A stretch of DNA of 34,353 bases, taken from the NCBI GenBank assembly GCA_049423005.1, contig JBMSPY010000001.1, positions 1 through 34,353 on the forward strand. The letters are read 5' to 3'. The notes beneath the pieces were generated by a model, which ran no database searches, was not told the origin of the DNA, and saw only the letters and a list, made by a program, of their open reading frames with translations. Shown here one piece after another: positions 18,329 through 27,354 of this stretch (positions within the stretch are counted from its first letter, which is position 1; every line of letters starts with the position of its first letter). The translations under genes and the position numbers were made by a program. Origin of the DNA: Cyclobacteriaceae bacterium (GTDB lineage: Bacteria; Bacteroidota; Bacteroidia; Cytophagales; Cyclobacteriaceae).

Positions 18329-18332
18329 TGGT

Positions 18333-18623
18333 GTGAATAAACTCCGGTTTATATTCTTGTTGTTTCTTTTGATTGGTGTTCTAGGGGTCCAATCCGTTGC
18401 TCCTTTAGTAGGTATTGCCTTAACAGACCAGCAAACCTATTCTCTTGCTGAGGAAGCTACGGGCGATGAAGACTCGGATGAAAGAAAGGAATTGGACAAG
18501 GCACTGAATAAATCCTTAAGATCAAATAGCAACCACCGAAGCGTATTACTTCACTTCACAGAATATTTCTTGAACTTTTATCCAGTCATTTGTGAGGTCG
18601 TCTATCCGCCGCCACGTTCCTGA
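18333..18623 (+). CDS. Small hypothetical protein with N-terminal signal/TM, acidic middle and C-terminal PPP; possible leader ORF
   Basis: MNKLRFIFLLFLLIGVLGVQSVAP...EEATGDEDSDERKE...EVVYPPPRS*. Fills the rimM-SulP gap and has its own promoter-like box. Confidence 0.7.
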   Translation: MNKLRFIFLLFLLIGVLGVQSVAPLVGIALTDQQTYSLAEEATGDEDSDERKELDKALNKSLRSNSNHRSVLLHFTEYFLNFYPVICEVVYPPPRS

Positions 18624-18698
18624 GTCGGATATTTTCCAATAGCCGTTTCATTCACGGCAAGATCAAGTTTAACCTTAATTTCTTTATACCAATATTCA

Positions 18699-20261
18699 AT
18701 GGGAACTAATCCTAATCAATCCATTTTTGGCAGCTACAGGCAGGACTTAACAGCCTCTGTAGTTGTATTTTTTGTAGCCATTCCCTTGTGCCTGGGTATT
18801 TCTTTGGCTTCAGGCGCACCCTTAATTTCTGGTCTTATTGCCGGAGTGCTTGGCGGAATCGTTACCGGACTATTATCCGGGTCTCAATTGAGCGTGAGTG
18901 GACCAGCAGCAGGCTTAGCCAGTATTGTGCTGGCCTCTATCTCGGACCTGGGAACATTTCAGGCTTTTTCTGCTGCGGTTGTCCTGGCTGGAGTCATACA
19001 ACTAGTGCTTGGATATGCCAAAGCAGGGGCTATCGGGTATTTTTTTCCATCATCTGTGATTAAAGGGATGCTGGCGGGCATTGGCCTTATCCTAATCCTC
19101 AAACAAATTCCGCATGCTTTGGGTGATGACAAAGATTATGAAGGAGATGAATCTTTTCTTCAGCCAGACAATCAAAACACCTTCACAGAAATTCTTGCTG
19201 CTGTAATGAATCTGAGCACGGGGGCGGTAATAATTTCCACAGCCTGTTTAGCCTTACTAATATTTTGGGGAAGTGATCGAATCAAAAAAAATGCCGTGCT
19301 TTCGATCATACCAGGGCCACTTCTGGCCGTAGTTCTTGGTGTAGTCTTGAATTTATTTTTTCAGAACTCATTTCCCGAGCTTGCCTTAAGTGGAATTCAC
19401 ATGGTAGACCTTCCAGCGCTTGATGAATTGTCTGCTGGATTCAGCCTGCCTGACTGGACCATACTCAATGATGCTCGAGTTTTTACGATTGCCACTACCC
19501 TCGCGTTGGTGGCCAGCCTGGAGTCATTGCTGAGCATTGAAGCGGCTGATAAAATGGATCCATTTAAGCGCGTAACTCCACTTAATAGAGAATTAAAAGC
19601 TCAGGGGGTAACCAATATGATCTCGGGCTTTTTGGGCGGCTTACCGGTGACTTCCGTAATTGTGCGCACCTCCGCCAATGTAAGCTCCGGAGCTCAAACA
19701 AAATTTTCGACCATTGCACATGGATTTTTTATCGCCACCGCAGTATTGTTATTTCCCACGGCGCTTGAATACATCCCGCTTTCTGCATTAGCAGCCATTC
19801 TACTGCAGGTTGGTTATAAACTAAGTTCACCAAGTCTTTGGAAGGAACAATTCAAAAAAGGGCTTGATCAATTCATTCCATTTGCGGTAACCATCCTGGT
19901 CATTCTATTAACAAACCTGCTCATGGGTATTTTCATCGGGATATTGATTGCGGTTTACTTTGTTTTAAAAAGTAATTTTCATTCGGCTGTGTTGGTGGTG
20001 AATCACGGAAACAACTACATGATTAAATTCACAAAGGACGTTTCATTTCTGAACAAGTCTCCGCTTCTTAAGGCTGTTGAATCGATTCCGGGAAATTCAA
20101 AGGTGCTTATTGAAGGCTCTTCCATTCAATACTACGATAACGATATCCTTGAAATTCTGAATGACTTTAAAATAAGTGCGCTCAAAAAAAATATTGATGT
20201 TGAAATCAAAAAAACTAAAAACGCTTTACACCCCTTTTTCAAATCCGAAACCATCGACTAA
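18699..20261 (+). CDS. SulP family anion (probably bicarbonate) transporter
   Basis: DLTASVVVFFVAIPLCLGISLASGAP, SVSGPAAGL, LESLLSIEAADKMDP, NRELKAQG, GGLPVTSVIVR and a short STAS-like tail. Adjacent to carbonic anhydrase. Confidence 0.93.
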   Translation: MGTNPNQSIFGSYRQDLTASVVVFFVAIPLCLGISLASGAPLISGLIAGVLGGIVTGLLSGSQLSVSGPAAGLASIVLASISDLGTFQAFSAAVVLAGVIQLVLGYAKAGAIGYFFPSSVIKGMLAGIGLILILKQIPHALGDDKDYEGDESFLQPDNQNTFTEILAAVMNLSTGAVIISTACLALLIFWGSDRIKKNAVLSIIPGPLLAVVLGVVLNLFFQNSFPELALSGIHMVDLPALDELSAGFSLPDWTILNDARVFTIATTLALVASLESLLSIEAADKMDPFKRVTPLNRELKAQGVTNMISGFLGGLPVTSVIVRTSANVSSGAQTKFSTIAHGFFIATAVLLFPTALEYIPLSALAAILLQVGYKLSSPSLWKEQFKKGLDQFIPFAVTILVILLTNLLMGIFIGILIAVYFVLKSNFHSAVLVVNHGNNYMIKFTKDVSFLNKSPLLKAVESIPGNSKVLIEGSSIQYYDNDILEILNDFKISALKKNIDVEIKKTKNALHPFFKSETID

Positions 20262-20267
20262 ATAATT

Positions 20268-20894
20268 ATGAAAACACACGAAAAACTTCTTCTGGAAAAC
20301 CGTGCCTGGGCTGCTCTTCAACTAGAGCGCGATCCGGAATTTTTCAATCGACTTGAGCATGTACAAACACCAGAATTTTTATGGATTGGCTGCAGCGACA
20401 GCCGTGTACCGGCCAATGAAATTACCAATACACAACCGGGTGAAATTTTTGTACACCGCAACATCGCCAATATTGTAGACCATACCGATTTGAATATGAT
20501 GAGCGTCGTACAATATGCCGTAGAAGTGTTGCAGGTGAAACACATCATCGTTTGCGGACACTATGGTTGTGGTGGGGTTAAAGCCGCCATGGGAAATTCA
20601 AGCTTTGGGCTTATTGATAACTGGCTGCGGAATATTAAAGACACGTATTACAACAACCGGGTGGAGTTGGATAATCTTAAGGATGCCAGCACCCGAGCAG
20701 ATCGGCTTACGGAATTAAACGTCATTCATGGCGTTTATAATCTTGTAAAAACCAATATCATTCAACGCGCCTGGAAAGACTGGAATAAGCCTGTTTTACA
20801 CGGTTGGGTATATCGACTCAGCGATGGGATTTTGCACGATCTGTGTAAAGTTGAACCAGGCTCAGAAATTGAGCGTGTTTACCGCTTTGACTAA
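20268..20894 (+). CDS. can: Beta-class carbonic anhydrase
   Basis: WIGCSDSRVP, GEIFVHRNIAN and CGHYGCGG zinc ligands. Confidence 0.96.
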   Translation: MKTHEKLLLENRAWAALQLERDPEFFNRLEHVQTPEFLWIGCSDSRVPANEITNTQPGEIFVHRNIANIVDHTDLNMMSVVQYAVEVLQVKHIIVCGHYGCGGVKAAMGNSSFGLIDNWLRNIKDTYYNNRVELDNLKDASTRADRLTELNVIHGVYNLVKTNIIQRAWKDWNKPVLHGWVYRLSDGILHDLCKVEPGSEIERVYRFD

Positions 20895-21779
20895 TCAACG
20901 CTTACCTGCCCGAAAGAGCTTTTCCTTTTCCTCTGAAGAAAGGCTTTCATAACCCTTTGCGGAAATCTTGTCAAGAATGGCATCGATTTCTTCTTGAGTA
21001 ACCTGAGATGAGCTAGCCCCGCGAGAAACGGGGCTTTCTCTTTTTTCATACTTCAGTTTCACTGTTTTCCGACCGGAAAATAAGGACACCAACCAATTCA
21101 AAAGACGTGTAATCCAAGAACCAATATTGGAGCCTGCTTGTAACCGTTTAATGTAAACGTAACCGATCGCAGCTCCTCCGAGGTGAGCAAGGTTACCCCC
21201 TGCATTGGAAGAAACAGTTCCTAGAAAACTTAGCAGGATAAAAAATAAGGCAATGTATTTGATTCGAACCGGCCCAAGGAACAGAAGAAAGAAAGTATAA
21301 TCCGGTATCAACGTAGCACAGGCAACCATAATGGCATAGATGGCCGCCGATGCACCGACCATCCCAACACCTGCGCGCTCCTGAAAAAATGGTACGGAAT
21401 TAAACAAAACCAAATAAAGCACACCACCAGCCAGTGCTCCCAAAATATAAACAGCTATTAGACGATCGTTTCCAAGGTATTCAATGAATAAGCGGCCGAA
21501 CCAGTACAATGAAATCATGTTAAACAAAATATGCCAGATGTCACGAAGGCTGTGAGCAAAGGCATACGTAATCAAAGTATATGGCCGATAAAAAAATTCA
21601 TCGGGTTTCGGCGGCAGACTAAAAGCCTTATATACAGTTGCAAATACCTGATCAAACCCGCCGATGGTAGAAATAACGTACAACAATGCCAGAACAACAA
21701 AAACTACAACGTTGATCAGAATCAACTGGATGTGACTGTTGTTCGGTCGACGAAATGCGTTTTTAAATTCCTCAAGCAT
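20895..21779 (-). CDS. Rhomboid intramembrane serine protease with C-terminal helical domain (DUF6576-like)
   Basis: HILFNM, catalytic GASA and AHLGG. Tail EIDAILDKISAKGYESLSSEEKEKLF. Confidence 0.92.
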   Translation of the reverse strand: MLEEFKNAFRRPNNSHIQLILINVVVFVVLALLYVISTIGGFDQVFATVYKAFSLPPKPDEFFYRPYTLITYAFAHSLRDIWHILFNMISLYWFGRLFIEYLGNDRLIAVYILGALAGGVLYLVLFNSVPFFQERAGVGMVGASAAIYAIMVACATLIPDYTFFLLFLGPVRIKYIALFFILLSFLGTVSSNAGGNLAHLGGAAIGYVYIKRLQAGSNIGSWITRLLNWLVSLFSGRKTVKLKYEKRESPVSRGASSSQVTQEEIDAILDKISAKGYESLSSEEKEKLFRAGKR

Positions 21780-21799
21780 GGATTAAAACCTTGTTAAAG

Positions 21800-22381
21800 T
21801 CACCATCCATTTCGGCGACCCTGACTTTTCCAGTAACTAATTACAACAAAGGCAACTAGAGCGCCTCCAAAGTGAGCAGCGTGTGCCACCTGTCCACTTT
21901 TATCCATTGCATAGGTGATGAAGCCCATAACAAAGACCATATATTTTGCTTTCAGCGGGATAGGTGGAAAGAGAAGCATGATTTCCAGGTTAGGGAAAAC
22001 CATACCAAAGGCCATCAGTATTCCGTAGATCGCACCAGAGGCACCGAGCATCGGACCACCGGTACCTAAAAAGTAATTCAGCGTAGCATAGATTAAACCA
22101 GCACCCAATCCCGTAGCGAGATAAAAGAAAAGAAATTTTCTATCGCCCCAATAATTCTCCAGAATAGGTCCAAAAGAAGATAAGGCAAGCATGTTAAACA
22201 AAACATGCCATAAACTTCCGTGAGCAAACATGTAGGTGAATAACTGATACGGCTGGAAATGCTCCGAATCCATTGGCCACAACATAAGCAGGTAATCGGC
22301 CACCGGAAACAGATTCTGGATCAGGAAAATGACCACATTAATGATGATCAGATTTTTTACGAGTGGCGAAGTCTGAAACAT
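21800..22381 (-). CDS. Rhomboid intramembrane serine protease
   Basis: YQLFTYMFAHG, HVLFNM, GASGA and AHAAHFGG. Confidence 0.93.
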   Translation of the reverse strand: MFQTSPLVKNLIIINVVIFLIQNLFPVADYLLMLWPMDSEHFQPYQLFTYMFAHGSLWHVLFNMLALSSFGPILENYWGDRKFLFFYLATGLGAGLIYATLNYFLGTGGPMLGASGAIYGILMAFGMVFPNLEIMLLFPPIPLKAKYMVFVMGFITYAMDKSGQVAHAAHFGGALVAFVVISYWKSQGRRNGW

Positions 22382-22390
22382 GTTGTTGGT

Positions 22391-24151
22391 TTAAGCAAAG
22401 TACCGGTCTATTTGACCGGATTCAAAAATAAAGAATGTTGCGCGGCCGTCGGGTGTCAGCGATGGTGTTGAACTGGAAAACAGTCCAGCGACCAGCGCCT
22501 CCTGCTGTTCCCGGTTCAAAATCTGACCTCTTTTTACGGATCCTCGGGAAGCCAGGCAGCGAGCCAGATTTTCGAAAACCGCGATTTTCAGGTCTTGCTG
22601 ATTCATTTTAAACTGCTCCAGCAGCTCTTCAATTATTTGTTTCTCATTTCCGGAAACCTCCTGTGGCACTCCGGTCAACAAAAAAGCATTCTTCCCAAAG
22701 ACCTCCAATTCAAAACCGAGTCGAGTGAGCTCCTCCATCATTCCGGAGAGAAGCGTAAAATCAGACGCACTGAGCTCAAGTGTAATGGGAAAGAGTAATT
22801 TTTGACTGTTCCCTGAAACGGATCGATTGAACCGATCAAACAGAACGCGTTCGCTGGCAGCTTGCTGGTCAATGATCATGAGACCCTGGCTGACTTCACG
22901 AACCAGGAAGCGATTTTGAAACTGAAACAGTAAACGTGGAGCAGAAATTTGATCGCGTGCGGGTTCGGTAGGGAACATAGCCGGGATGGACTCAGCGTGC
23001 AAGTTGGACTTTGCTTCAAACAAAGACTGCCATTTATCGGTATTCGGATCTCTATGAAATCCAACCTGTTCATACAAGAAAGTCTTACTTACAGCTGATG
23101 GATCCTGTTGAATTTCATCAATCAAGTTGATGTTAGCAGAGAAATCAATGGCGGGTGCCAGTTGATTTAAGCCAAGAGCATGCTTTACGGCCACGCGAAG
23201 GATAGCATAAATCGCGCGATCATCTGTAAATTTTATCTCCGTCTTGGTCGGGTGCACATTAACATCAATTTGTGCAGGATCAATATCGATGAATAGGGTA
23301 TAAAACGGGAAACTGCCTTCCTGCAACAATCCCTCAAAACCATTCATCACGGCATGATGCAGGTAGTTATTTCGGATGTAGCGGTTATTGACAAAGAAAT
23401 ATTGTTCTGAGCGGGTGCGCTTGGCCAATTCAGGTCTTCCGATGTAGCCAGTTACTTTTATGCCGGCAGCTTCTTCATGTATCGCTGCGAGTTGTTGTTG
23501 ATAATTCTTTCCGAAGAGACCAACAATCCGTTGGCTGAGTTTCCCCGGGGTGAGATCATAGACTACCTCATCTCCATTCACCAACAAAAACGAAAGCTGC
23601 GGATGGGCCAGCGCGAGATGAATAAACTCATCAATAATATGACGTAACTCAACGGGATTTCCTTTTAAAAAATTCCGTCGTGCCGGAATGTTGTAGAAAA
23701 GATTTCGAATGGTTATTGATGTCCCGTGTGCACAGGTCTCTGGTTCATTTTTTTTAATTACCGAACCCTCAACGACCAGAATATTTCCAATCTCATCGGA
23801 AGATTGTCTGGTTTTTATTTCCAACTGAGCAACAGCAGCAATGGAGGCCAGGGCCTCCCCGCGAAATCCCATCGTGCGAAGCGAAAAGAGGTCCTCTGCT
23901 TTGGAAATTTTTGAGGTGGCGTGTCGCTCAATGCACATCCGTAAATCAGCTGCGCTCATTCCTTTACCGTCATCGATAACCTGGATGAATTGTTTACCCG
24001 CCTCACGGACAATGACCTGAATTCGCGTGGCACCGGCATCCACTGCATTTTCCATTAACTCCTTGATGCAGGATGAAGGACGCTGGACTACTTCGCCGGC
24101 AGCAATTTGATTGGCGATAGCGTCTGGGAGTAGTCGTATGAAATCAGCCAT
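22391..24151 (-). CDS. mutL: DNA mismatch repair protein MutL
   Basis: NQIAAGEVVQRP, KELMENAVDAGA, HATSKI, GFRGEALASI, DVNVHPTKTE and clamp motif SQKLLFP. Confidence 0.97.
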   Translation of the reverse strand: MADFIRLLPDAIANQIAAGEVVQRPSSCIKELMENAVDAGATRIQVIVREAGKQFIQVIDDGKGMSAADLRMCIERHATSKISKAEDLFSLRTMGFRGEALASIAAVAQLEIKTRQSSDEIGNILVVEGSVIKKNEPETCAHGTSITIRNLFYNIPARRNFLKGNPVELRHIIDEFIHLALAHPQLSFLLVNGDEVVYDLTPGKLSQRIVGLFGKNYQQQLAAIHEEAAGIKVTGYIGRPELAKRTRSEQYFFVNNRYIRNNYLHHAVMNGFEGLLQEGSFPFYTLFIDIDPAQIDVNVHPTKTEIKFTDDRAIYAILRVAVKHALGLNQLAPAIDFSANINLIDEIQQDPSAVSKTFLYEQVGFHRDPNTDKWQSLFEAKSNLHAESIPAMFPTEPARDQISAPRLLFQFQNRFLVREVSQGLMIIDQQAASERVLFDRFNRSVSGNSQKLLFPITLELSASDFTLLSGMMEELTRLGFELEVFGKNAFLLTGVPQEVSGNEKQIIEELLEQFKMNQQDLKIAVFENLARCLASRGSVKRGQILNREQQEALVAGLFSSSTPSLTPDGRATFFIFESGQIDRYFA

Positions 24152-24175
24152 CAGCAGTTTGTAGTCAAAGGATCA

Positions 24176-24183
24176 CAAATGTA
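24176..24183 (-). promoter_or_regulatory. -7 element (TACATTTG) for mutL-rhomboid-rhomboid
   Basis: Exact TAnnTTTG on the minus strand, 24 nt upstream of the mutL ATG. Confidence 0.65.
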
Positions 24184-24315
24184 AACCCGCTCGAGAGAAC
24201 TCAGAAGCCTCATCCCGGTAAATTCCTTTCCTTTTATGCGTTTTTTCGCGGTAGTGTGCTAACGACAGGTCATAGGATTATTTGATTTGGGCTTCAGGTG
24301 ACGGATATTCGCCCT

Positions 24316-27306
24316 ATGAAAAAAAGGTTGTTTTTCTGGACATCCTGGCCCGTTGACGAGCAACGTGTTATTACGTTTTTTGGAAGTGCAACGGTACTGG
24401 CACTTCTCGTGGCAGTAGGTGCCTTGATCGCTTATCCCTGGCCGGCCCTATCGTGGGAACCAAATCTGCAGGACCTTCCTCTGGAAACCTCGTTCCACCG
24501 GGTAGGCGCAGGCCCGTACAGCCTGGAAGTTAAAGCAGATAGTTTTATTGTTTGGGAATCATTTTCAGGTTCCTCCTTTCGGGTCCTTCCCATCCCCTAC
24601 TTATTTTTTGGTCTTTTAGTAACGCTTGGGATTATTGTCATCTTGGCTCTTCACAGCAGTGTCAGGCGTTTTAACTTTTTAGTGGGCACCGGCTTTCTCT
24701 TCTTCATCGCATCTGGACTAAGATTAGAAACCTTATTTCCCTCTTTACCAAACTTCTCTGCAACCATACTCGTATTCTTAGTCTGGCTAACTCCCGGGTT
24801 ACTTTTCCAATATAAATTCCCTACGGTAGGTTTTTCCAAAAGGTTATTCATTTACGGCATAATTGTAACCATCACCTACGCACTGATTGCAGCAACTGCC
24901 CAAGCACCTGCGGCCTGGATCTATCTATCGGTAGGTCTTCTTCCAACAGCCTTACTGACTATTCCAGTATTTCTAATTCTGACGGCACACGAAATTCCCG
25001 CAGCGCTAATCGCGGTTATTGGAATGGCTGGAAAAGAGCGAAATGGATTTCGGGATTTCTTGATACTGACTGGAATCTATTTGATCAATCTTTTTGCCAT
25101 TTATTTGAGCGATCTAAAATGGTTTGAATGGAGTTATGGCATTCATCCTGTTGTTCTGGCTTTGATTTCAGGTGTATTGGGCATTGCAGGAATTCGTTAC
25201 CAACAAAAACAGCTAGGAGATTTTCTCAATACCGAACCCTACGGCGTTTATCTGATGATGGCTCTAAGTCTGATTTCCTTTTCCGGAATTGGTTTTTTTT
25301 ATCTGACGGGAAACGACGCCTTATTTTCCACCCTTCGTGACCTTTCGTTGTACATTCATATTGGTTATGGTTTTGTGTTCGTCACGTATATCGTTTCAAA
25401 TTTTTCATCCTTATTGGTTGAGGGTATCAACATCAGTAAGGTCATTTACCAACCAACGGTGATGCCCTTTTTCACGTATCGGTTTGGAGGGTTGGTGGCT
25501 ACCTTGGCTTTTGTTTTTTATAACATCTGGCAGCGCCCCATTAATGACGCTATTGGAGGATACTACAATGCACTGGCCGGATACCATCAATTGGCTGGAG
25601 AAAAAACTTTATCAGATGGTTATTTAAGAATTGCTTCGCGTTACGCTTATCATAACCATCAATCCAATGTTCTTTTGGCGGAGTCGGCGCTGGCTGAGGG
25701 TCAGGCCGATCGCGCAAAGGTTTTCTTTCAGAATGCGCTTGAGCGAAGACCAACCGAGCAAACGTATCTAAGTCTGATCAATCTTCTGGAAATCAACGGG
25801 AAATCACTTGAATCCTTCACGTACCTCAAAAATGGACTCAACAGATTTCCGGATAGCCCATATTTATTAAATGCCTTAGGTCTTTCCAATTACGGACTTG
25901 GCAGCATGGATTCGTCTGTCTGGTATTTCAGGGAAGCGGGCGCACAGGGCGGTAAGGCTGGAAGATCAGCACGAATTAATGAAACGGCTCTGGTGGTAAG
26001 AGAAGGAACCATAAATAATGTTGATTCTCTTTACCAATCTTTTGATGAGTCGGCGCTTGCTGCTCGAGCCAATGCACTGGCCGCGGCTAACCGTAAGGGA
26101 CAAATTCTTGAAGCACCTTTGATGCTTCCATCAGATTCAATATTTCAACAAGGATATGCAACGTGGTTGAACAACTGGCTGATCAATCAGAAAGGAAAAG
26201 TTAGTGAAGAATCTATCCGACAACTTACGCCTTACATCCAGCATTCAGGGAATCGTGATTATGCCGAAGCCTTACATTTTTCACTTGCTTTAGCTGCCTA
26301 TCATTCAGGACTGCTGAATGCAGCTATAGAGAGTTTAGAAAAGGCCATCTTCATCGGAGAAAATAAGGGACGGTACAATACGATCATTGCGGTATGGATG
26401 CTGGAACAACGGGCTCCGGAAACGGCCTTACAATACAGCGATTATGCCATTCAACAAGAATTTAAAGATGCAGCATTAACCAGAGCGGTTGTTTTGGCAG
26501 AAGTAGGTCGTCTGGGTGAGTCTATTGTAGCCTGGGACACCCTCGGTAAAAAAGATAAAGGCACGATACAATTTCTGGCCAATCTGAGTAAGCGATCGTT
26601 GGGAGTAAACGTTTCATTTTTTGATGATCTGAGTGACGAAGAGCGGTATACCTATTGTCGGTACCGACTCAAAAATTCAGACTCCGTTTTATTCCGAACA
26701 TTGATTAAAAAAATTGCGAATTCAGATCTCCGGGCACGCGCCATTTACGATCGGGCAGAAAAACTTTTTGAGGCCGATCGGATGAACGAAGCTATTCGGG
26801 TTTACCGCGAATTGGATGGAGTTGAAATTTCTAATGATCGGTTATTTCACAGCATTCAACTGCTGGAGCTTCGAATGCTGGCTGAAAGTGGGCAATACGA
26901 ACTCCTTCAACAACGACTGAAAAATAATTTTATGTTCCAGCCTCAGGAAATAGGTTTTCAAAAATACTTTCATGCTGTGCTTTCTCTACCCGATACGTCA
27001 CAAGCTGGTCCTGCCTACCGTTGGATTGAGCGAAATAATCTGTATTGCACCGATGGGATTTTATCGGCTGCCGGCTTCAAATCAAACCAGCAAAAGAACG
27101 ATCTCGCCGCCTACTCGCTATTGGCCTCCGCACTTCACCGCAATCCCTATTCCGTGCGGTTGTTGAAAGGATACATCCGATCGGCCTCTGGGCTAGGCTT
27201 GCTGAACTTTGCCTCCGATGCGATCTCAGACCTTCAAAACCGAATAGAGCCGGCTGAATTCAATCTTTTTATGAGCGCTTTGCCGCCGGCTACAAACCAA
27301 CCCTGA
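24316..27306 (+). CDS. Large hypothetical membrane protein: polytopic N-terminus plus TPR-like helical C-terminus
   Basis: About 10-11 hydrophobic segments in the first ~400 aa, then helical repeats such as AKVFFQNALERRP and YLKNGLNRFPDSPYLLNALGLSNYGLG. ATG 24316 (MKKRLFF) preferred to GTG 24298. Confidence 0.8.
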   Translation: MKKRLFFWTSWPVDEQRVITFFGSATVLALLVAVGALIAYPWPALSWEPNLQDLPLETSFHRVGAGPYSLEVKADSFIVWESFSGSSFRVLPIPYLFFGLLVTLGIIVILALHSSVRRFNFLVGTGFLFFIASGLRLETLFPSLPNFSATILVFLVWLTPGLLFQYKFPTVGFSKRLFIYGIIVTITYALIAATAQAPAAWIYLSVGLLPTALLTIPVFLILTAHEIPAALIAVIGMAGKERNGFRDFLILTGIYLINLFAIYLSDLKWFEWSYGIHPVVLALISGVLGIAGIRYQQKQLGDFLNTEPYGVYLMMALSLISFSGIGFFYLTGNDALFSTLRDLSLYIHIGYGFVFVTYIVSNFSSLLVEGINISKVIYQPTVMPFFTYRFGGLVATLAFVFYNIWQRPINDAIGGYYNALAGYHQLAGEKTLSDGYLRIASRYAYHNHQSNVLLAESALAEGQADRAKVFFQNALERRPTEQTYLSLINLLEINGKSLESFTYLKNGLNRFPDSPYLLNALGLSNYGLGSMDSSVWYFREAGAQGGKAGRSARINETALVVREGTINNVDSLYQSFDESALAARANALAAANRKGQILEAPLMLPSDSIFQQGYATWLNNWLINQKGKVSEESIRQLTPYIQHSGNRDYAEALHFSLALAAYHSGLLNAAIESLEKAIFIGENKGRYNTIIAVWMLEQRAPETALQYSDYAIQQEFKDAALTRAVVLAEVGRLGESIVAWDTLGKKDKGTIQFLANLSKRSLGVNVSFFDDLSDEERYTYCRYRLKNSDSVLFRTLIKKIANSDLRARAIYDRAEKLFEADRMNEAIRVYRELDGVEISNDRLFHSIQLLELRMLAESGQYELLQQRLKNNFMFQPQEIGFQKYFHAVLSLPDTSQAGPAYRWIERNNLYCTDGILSAAGFKSNQQKNDLAAYSLLASALHRNPYSVRLLKGYIRSASGLGLLNFASDAISDLQNRIEPAEFNLFMSALPPATNQP

Positions 27307-27332
27307 ACTGCCTCGAACTGGTTTGATTGTCC

Positions 27333-27340
27333 TATTTTTG
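27333..27340 (+). promoter_or_regulatory. -7 element (TATTTTTG) for gcvT
   Basis: Exact TAnnTTTG 14 nt upstream of the ATG. Confidence 0.65.
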
Positions 27341-27354
27341 CGCCTGAAAATCCT

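Noticed and set aside
18328-18336. Mini-ORF ATG GTG TGA overlapping the start of the small ORF
   Set aside because: The ATG overlaps the predicted -7 box and is probably not transcribed from that promoter. It would matter only on rimM read-through RNA.
20895-24151. mutL plus two rhomboids as a novel repair-proteolysis system
   Set aside because: I recall this gene order as common in Bacteroidota, and nothing in the sequence shows a functional link.
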